A stretch of DNA of 64,000 nucleotides, taken from contig CP068257.2 of assembly GCA_009914755.4 (NCBI GenBank), positions 25,664,001 through 25,728,000 of the forward strand, given 5' to 3'. Positions 57,302-64,000 of this stretch are shown piece by piece. Positions within the stretch are counted from its first letter, which is position 1; every line of letters begins with the position of its first letter. Source of the DNA: the human T2T-CHM13v2.0 reference genome, Homo sapiens. The notes beneath the pieces are model-generated. The model did not search any database. It saw only the letters and a program-made list of their open reading frames with translations, and had not been told where the DNA came from. Position numbers and translations under genes: made by a program.

Positions 57302-58452
57302 TAAATAAACTTCTAGGTAAAAATATTTCTAAATAAACTAACATGTTTTGCCCATTTTTAAATTGGAGTTTTAGAAAAGCTATTACTGAGTTTACAACTA
57401 TTATTAAGATATGAATTAGACAAGAAGAGGTCACTTTAGGAGTTCTAATGCACAGCTCGGTTTAGGTTTCAGCCAACAACCTGCGTCAACAACCACACAT
57501 GTGAGGAAAGATGTCTTCTGAAGATTCCAGCCTCCAGCCAGCAAGCCTTTCCAAGTATAACCCTAGGTATTGTGGAGAAGAGGCAAGCCATGCTGAACCT
57601 CAGAATCCGTGACAGTAATTTACTAGAATCCAATATTAGTAAAATAGTATTTTTTGTAAATACTAGATTTGAGATAATTTGTTATGTAGCCATGGTAACT
57701 GAAACATTCTTTATTTAAACATAACTAGATCCCAACTTTCCATTAAACTTTTTCATTAGTGTTTTTCCTAACTTTAACAGTATTTACATACATACTTTAT
57801 CTTCAATTGTTCCAGTTGACTTGACTTCCACCAACTATATAGCACAGAAAAATTCTCCTTTAAAAATTATAAACATACATTCAGTCTTCAGGTTGACCCT
57901 GGTTTTCTTTCTGAATATTTTTGACTTAACTGCTGTTACACGTTTGATTATACAATACACTAGATTATGTAAGAGTAAAATTATTATTGATAATTTCTAA
58001 ACTAATAGATTTAGTTCAGGGTCATAGCACTAATAGTCCCAGTGCATAGCATAGGACTTACACATGGTAAATGGTCAATAAATATTGCATGAATAAATGC
58101 ATGCACAGACACTTTTAATCTGTTTTGAAAATTTAGTTAGAATACTGTAAAAAAAAACTATGTAATATTCACTGTTAATTCTAAATGCAGATTTGAGATT
58201 TAGATTATATGTGCTTTTATAGTCTTATTCATTTGACCATTTAAATATTTGACTATGAAATTGAATAAATTTGTATTACTATCTCATCCTATATTATAAA
58301 AACTGTAACTTATTATTTTTGTGGCTTATTATTCACTTATTAAAACTATTCTGGTCATTTCAATAATGGTGATGATGATAACAATAGCAGCTAGTGTTTC
58401 TTGGACACTTACTTGTACCAGAAATTGTCCTAAGTTCTTCTTGTGCTACTAA

Positions 58453-59560
58453 ATTAATTTACATGTATTGGGATATAATTTACTCATAGACAAATTCATT
58501 CCTTTTGGTTGTACAGTTCTATGCATTCTGATAAATGCATGTAGTCAAGAAATCATCATTACATTTAAGACATAGAACATTTCCATCATCTAAAAAAATT
58601 CCCTTATGCAAGTTTGTGGTCAATTCTTTCTCCCATATTCAGCCCTTAACAAACAATGGTCTCTTTTCTGTCCATATAGTTTTGCCTTTTCCAAAATGTC
58701 ATACGAGTGAAATCATACTATATGCACTACCATTTGCTTCTGGTTTATTTCAATTAGTCTAATACTTTTGTGAATCATTAATGTTGTTGCATTGCTGTTT
58801 TTTATTCCGTTGTTTAGATGTACCATAATTTGTATAAATATTTTCCTTATTGATGGACATTTGGCTTTAATTTGGGTAATTAGGAGCAAGACTGATATAA
58901 GCATGGGTGTATAGATATTTATACAAACATATGCTTTCAATTCTCTTTTATATCCACCTAGGAGTGGTATTGCTGTGTTGTATGCTGAATAGATGTTTAA
59001 CTTTATGAGAAAGCATCAAAGTATTTTCAAAAGTAGCTGCATCATTTTCAAAAATAGCTGTGTCATTTTGCATTACCACTAGCATTGCATGAGATTTCCA
59101 ATTGATCTGCATGCTCACCACAACTTGATACTACCAGTTTTGTTTTAAAGCCATTCTAACAGATGTACGCTACCACATCGTGGTCTTAATTTGCATTTCC
59201 CTAAATAAAATGATGTATAGAATCATTTCACATGTTAATGTGCATCCACATATTTCCTTGAATAAAGTTTTATATTTTGCCCATTTTTAATTTTTTATCA
59301 TTATTCAGTTGTGAAAATTTTAAATATATTTTTAGTAACAGACTTTCATTTTATATATATATATGTTTTGAAATGTTTTCTACCAGACTGTGACTTTTTC
59401 TTTGATTTTTTTAACAGTGTCATTCAAAGAGCAAATCGTTCTTTTTTTTTAAATTTTGTTGAATGCCAATATATTTCATTTTCCTTTTATGATTCGTGTT
59501 GCTGGATGTTGAGTCTAAACTTAACCCAAGGTTGTCTCTTGGGTTTTTTTTTTTTTGGAC
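58453..59560 (-). mobile_element. Old L1M-type LINE 3' portion, minus strand
   Basis: gggatataatttactcatagacaaattcattccttttggttgtacagttctatgcattctgataaatgcatgtagtcaagaaatcatcattacatttaag...gtgaaatcatactatatgcactaccatttgcttctggtttatttcaattagtctaatacttttgtgaatcattaatgttgttgc...ccttattgatggacatttggc...taatttgcatttccctaa...cacatgttaatgtgcatccacatatttccttgaataaag...attttgcccatttttaatt follows the order and wording of the reverse-complemented L1M 3' end (gagatataattcacataccataaaattcaccc...gtgtacaattcagtggttttt...tggaatcatacaatatgtggccttttgtgtctggcttctttcacttagcataatg...ccattcatccgttgatggacatttggg...ttgatttgcatttccctgatg...catcttttcatgtgcttattggccatttgtatatcttctttggagaaatg...cctttgcccatttttaattgg). 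Confidence 0.55.
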
Positions 59561-59714
59561 ATCTCCTTGGAGATGTTTTATAATTTCTGCATGTGGTGCA
59601 AGGTGTGATTCACATTTATTTTTGCATATAGACGTACAATTTTTGCCACATCATCTGAAAAACCATGTTGAATTATTTCATCTACATAATTCTAGATTTT
59701 ATAATCCTAAAACA

Positions 59715-60120
<406 letters not shown>

Positions 60121-61759
60121 AAAGGCGATTTATTTGCTCCATCAGCTGACAGTTGTTGGCACGTTGTGGAATACAGTATATAAGACCAATATATTTTGTG
60201 GTTGTATTCTCCTTCTTTTATGTTAATCATTTGTGTAAAATGATTCCCTTTATCTGAAGAGATTATAAGCAGAATCCTGTGTGATGGCTCAAATATTTAG
60301 TAAACTTTGTGGTAGTGTAACTGGCTTAGGTCTTGAGGTTAGGAACAGGAAGCCAATACCTAAAATATAATCAAGGTGAATCATGTCCCTTTTAGAGCAG
60401 AAGTCCAAGGGTAGCAACTTGCTACCAAATGCCTGGTTGGTTATCTTAAGGTGCCATATCAGAGACTGACAGTTGATCTCAGTTGCTAAGGTATTGGGAA
60501 TTTTACTAGAGAAGTAGCCAGATCAACCTTATTGAGTGGGATTCTGTGCTGTCAGGCCCTGCATGGCTCCATCTCCACTACCGCGGCTACCCTGTGCTTG
60601 AGTCTCTGCTGCAGCAAAAGGGTGTCTGAGCATAGATGCGATGCTGGCTGATATCAACAAGCTGCTGTTAAATCTGCACTGTTAGTGCCTCTTCTTTGTG
60701 AATGTTCTGTGGTGGGTATTAAAATGTCATACATAGATCTTTATACTTTGTTCCCATTACTGTAAGTTCATCTGCGTGTCCCAGTTCTTCCAATCTTTTT
60801 CCTTCAAGCTCTATCAAACCAATCAAACCATTAGCTTCTGTAAATGTGTCTGTACATACTCCTACCATGGACTTTCTATTTCCATGTAAAGTGGATGACA
60901 ACTTATACCACCCTAAGATCTGCCTATTGGGTAAATGTATAATCACCAGTCGTTTTGCAACATCTATGAGTGGGACTATTGTATAACAATAACTGATTTT
61001 CAGTTTGAACCCGCTTACAAAGGTGAGGCCCTTGGGAAACAAACTCAACCTTTTTCCTCCTCTGTCAGATGGCTGTAAAAAATCTCCCCCACACCAAAAG
61101 AGAGATGCTGGGTGCAACAAGGAAGAATGAAATGGTCTGGGCGACCCGCTGTGTAGATTAATCTCACCCTCCAAGATTCTTTGTGCCTGATCCCATATAT
61201 ATTGCTTTCTTCTTAAAATGCATTGTTGCTAGGCCTTCTTGACTTTGGAGCTTGTGAAAATAACATATATACAGTGCAAGATGGGCAGTTGTGGTCACAT
61301 GGTCACTTGATGTGCTGGGTTCAGCTGCTCAGTCTCTACCAGAGCCCTTTTACTTGCTGGGAGATGCGTTCTGAATGCAGACACGGATGTATGACTTAAA
61401 TACAGAATCCCAGGATTCTCTCTTGTGGTTCTGAGACCAGAGCTTGTCACAATTGCAAAAGAAGAAAAATAATTTTTCTTCAACCCTCATAAATTCTTAG
61501 TTAAAAAGGACCACTGTAACAAAGAACAGATTAACAAGAGGAAAACAAACAGAAGTTCATTAACATGTATATTTCATACAGATGTGTGAGACACCCAGGG
61601 AATGAGTAATTTTCAAAAAGGTGGCTTTGAATTTCTATTTGCATATCTAGCATCTTAAAAAAAAAACAGTAAATTTTTAGATAAGTACTAAGACACAGGA
61701 AAAGGACTTTGAGACTCTAGAAGCAGCAACTTGTGGGAAGGCAAATAAACAGCAGATAA

Positions 61760-62703
61760 AAGCTAATTACCACATCTCATTTCTGTTGGTCCGTATCTCC
61801 ATGCACAGCAGAGACAGTGAAAACCCAAGCATGCATCTTCTCAGTGAGTCAGCCCACCTTCCTTCGAGTGTTGGTGAAGATGACTTGCCTGGGTGATGGT
61901 CAGAGTTTCATACAAGTCACGCAGTGTGTCCAGCTTCCACTTCTCTTGTTCCACATTGATGCAGAATTGGTGGATACTCTCCAGAATCAACTCTTCCTTC
62001 TTGACCAGAATCCAAATGGGGTCCCTCATGAACTTCTTGGTCACCTCAAGCACATAAGAAAGCATTGTAGCTGACAGCAAACTACCTGGGTGTTGCTGTT
62101 AAACTTTGGAATATGACATAGATCTGGTCCTTGAATCCACGGCTTAACATTTCATCAGCTTTGTCCAGTACAAGCATTTTGATGTATTTGGGAGACAGGT
62201 ATCTCCAGTGAACCATATCAAACATGCATCCAGGGGTATGCATGATGACATGGGGAGCTTCCATCTGCAATTTCTGCACCTCAGTACACACATTGGTGCC
62301 CCCAATACAGGCATTACAAGAGGTACTCATGTAGTCTCCAGGTGTTATGACCACCTTCTGTATCTGCTGAGCCAGTTCTGTAGTGGGTGCTAAGACCAAG
62401 GCCTGGGTGGCTGTTAGATCTAACTCAATCTGTGGCAGAATCGATATGACAAGTGTGGCCATTTCCCCAGTCCCAGGTTGGGCTTGAGTGATCACATCAT
62501 AACCCTTGACACAGGTAGAATGGCTCGCTGCTGGATGGCAGAGGGTTTCTCAAAACCATAGGCATAGATGCCACGGAGAAGAAACTCCTACAGTTTCATG
62601 TCATCAAAGCTGTCAACCATCTCATTCTAGTTACTCTCGATGATGCCTTTGGGCTCCATGCCATCAGGGTCATTGTCTCAGGATGGGGAATCCTGACTCA
62701 CAC
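61760..62703 (-). pseudogene. EIF4A1: Processed (intronless) pseudogene fragment of EIF4A1 (eukaryotic initiation factor 4A-I, a DEAD-box helicase). Covers roughly residues 1-310, with frameshifts and stops, and is 3'-truncated
   Basis: Minus-strand translation gives [51 protein letters not shown]..., then ORF 62082-62495 with [121 protein letters not shown], then ORF 61841-62080 with [60 protein letters not shown], then (frameshifted) [35 protein letters not shown]. This is continuous and intronless across several exon junctions. Diagnostic residues ([26 protein letters not shown]) favour EIF4A1 over EIF4A2. Confidence 0.85.
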
Positions 62704-62990
62704 CTACAATCCCAGCACTTTGGGAGGCGTAGGCAGGCGGATCACTTGAGTTCAGGAGCTCAAGACCAGCCTGGCCAACATGCTGAAACCCTGTCTCTAC
62801 CAAAAATACAAAAATTAGCTGAATGTGGTGGTGCATGCATGTAATCTCAGCTACTCAGGAGGCTGAGGCAGGAGAATCGCTTGAACATTTAAACCTGGGA
62901 GGCGGAGGTAGCAGTGAGCCGAGATCTTACCACTGCACTCCAGCCTGGGTGACAGAGACTCTGTCTTTAAAAAAAAAAAAAAAAAAAAAA
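62690..62990 (+). mobile_element. Alu SINE abutting the start-codon end of the EIF4A1 pseudogene
   Basis: ...ctgactcacacctacaatcccagcactttgggaggcgtaggcaggcggatcacttgagttcaggagctcaagaccagcctggccaacatgctgaaaccctgtctctaccaaaaatacaaaaattagctgaatgtggtggtgcatgcatgtaatctcagctactcaggaggctgaggcaggagaatcgcttgaacatttaaacctgggaggcggaggtagcagtgagccgagatcttaccactgcactccagcctgggtgacagagactctgtctttaaaaaaaaaaaaaaaaaaaaaa. The first ~10 nt overlap in sequence with the pseudogene 5' end, so the exact junction is ambiguous. Confidence 0.9.
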
Positions 62991-64000
62991 GCTAATTAGC
63001 AAACCATGTTAATGTAGATTCTTCTGGTACCATGTACAAGCCAATAAAGGTCTAAAGTTGTCTTTGGTGATCTTTACCTTTGTTCTCCCTGGTAGAAGAG
63101 TGACATTATATGTTTTGTCTTTGTGAATCTATGTACTACTTTTATGCATGTAGAAAAGGGCAGAAATCTTTCCTGCAACTACTTCTTCATTGCCTTTAGC
63201 TCAACAATCCTTCATATTTTGGAGGGGCATATTCTGATCTCCCACATCACTAAAGATACTTCAAATGCATGAGCCTATAGGTATTATGGGTCAGGTGGCA
63301 TGGCTGCTTTCATTGTAACCTGAACCTGATATGGATCCGTTTCCTTCTCCAGGCCCTATTTAAAGCTGGGAAACTTGCATGCTACTTAGGAAATGGGTTG
63401 GAATTATTTTCTTAAATGTGGAATATGTTGCCTCCAGAGACCAGAGAGGCCTACCAGTCATGCACAGGAATCAAAAGAACGCATGCACCATGCCTCATGA
63501 CCTTGAAATTACAGTCTATTCATGTTTTCCAGGATCCCTCAAGATTGCATAGAAGACTTTTTCCAGGATTCCTCTAGATTTTATAGAAGGCAAATTGGTG
63601 GCATGGATACATTGAGAAAAAATATACCTACATCATTTAAGTTCTTTAAGAGTCTTTCTTTAAGATTAACACTAATATCTGTTGTTCTCCCTAAGACATA
63701 TTATTGCTTTTTACTCACTCTCTTGGTGAGGCAGGAATAGTTGGGCAGTTTCAAAGGCTTCCACTTGAGTGTCCTCACTGTGCTAGGTCTTACCTTACAG
63801 GAGAAGTAACATTGAGGATCATGCCAAAGGCCAATATGATCATTTCAATTAAACATTCTTGGACCTAAAGAAATAACCATCAAGGGGGTCCATTTACCCA
63901 ATGAATCTACTGTGATTCACAAATGGGCCAGTACTTTATCTTTTCTCCTAGAATGGGAGAGTGTGATGAAATTTCAGGCCCCTAGAATCAAGGTCAAAAT

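Noticed and set aside
60719-61174. 151-aa minus-strand ORF considered as the C-terminal helicase domain of the EIF4A1 pseudogene
   Set aside because: Only a short, weak resemblance (IDV..L.I..LP.NR) to the eIF4A motif [20 protein letters not shown]. The remainder and the C-terminus do not match, and it would require an unexplained ~550-bp spacer. Left as an open question in the findings rather than annotated.

Overview
This window is primate, almost certainly human, nuclear DNA from an AT-rich, gene-poor and repeat-dense region; it is not a prokaryotic locus. Reading it against remembered consensus sequences, roughly half of the window is recognisable interspersed repeat. There are about 16 Alu SINEs on both strands, several of them young-looking with intact target-site duplications (TSDs). 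There are two long L1 LINEs: a near full-length old L1 on the minus strand at ~4.4-11.5 kb, and a 5'-truncated L1 on the plus strand at ~28.1-32.6 kb. There are several old L1M 3'-end fragments, MaLR solo LTRs (THE1/MST/MLT1 types), one MADE1 mariner-derived MITE, and simple-sequence repeats including (GAAA)n/(GGAA)n, (TATC)n, (TG)n and (TTTA)n. There are two sets of retro-derived coding remnants. One is a degraded betaretrovirus-like (HERV-K superfamily) gag-pro-pol internal fragment on the minus strand (~11.5-14.9 kb) with recognisable protease and reverse-transcriptase motifs. The other is a frameshifted processed pseudogene of EIF4A1 on the minus strand (~61.8-62.7 kb). I found no intact host protein-coding exon, no rRNA or tRNA gene, and no CRISPR array. 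Nearly all ORFs in the supplied six-frame track are translations of Alu, L1, ERV or microsatellite sequence. Points worth a second look: an Alu with an inverted 5' segment flanked by a perfect 16-bp TSD; nested insertions of L1, THE1 and MADE1; an Alu embedded in a GAAA/GGAA microsatellite; a 122-bp tandem duplication; a pair of ~115-bp direct repeats 1.46 kb apart; and the ERV pol fragment ending abruptly against the 5' end of the L1. No novel biological system is supported by the sequence. All coordinates are approximate (about +/-10-30 bp) and family assignments are from memory, without alignment tools.
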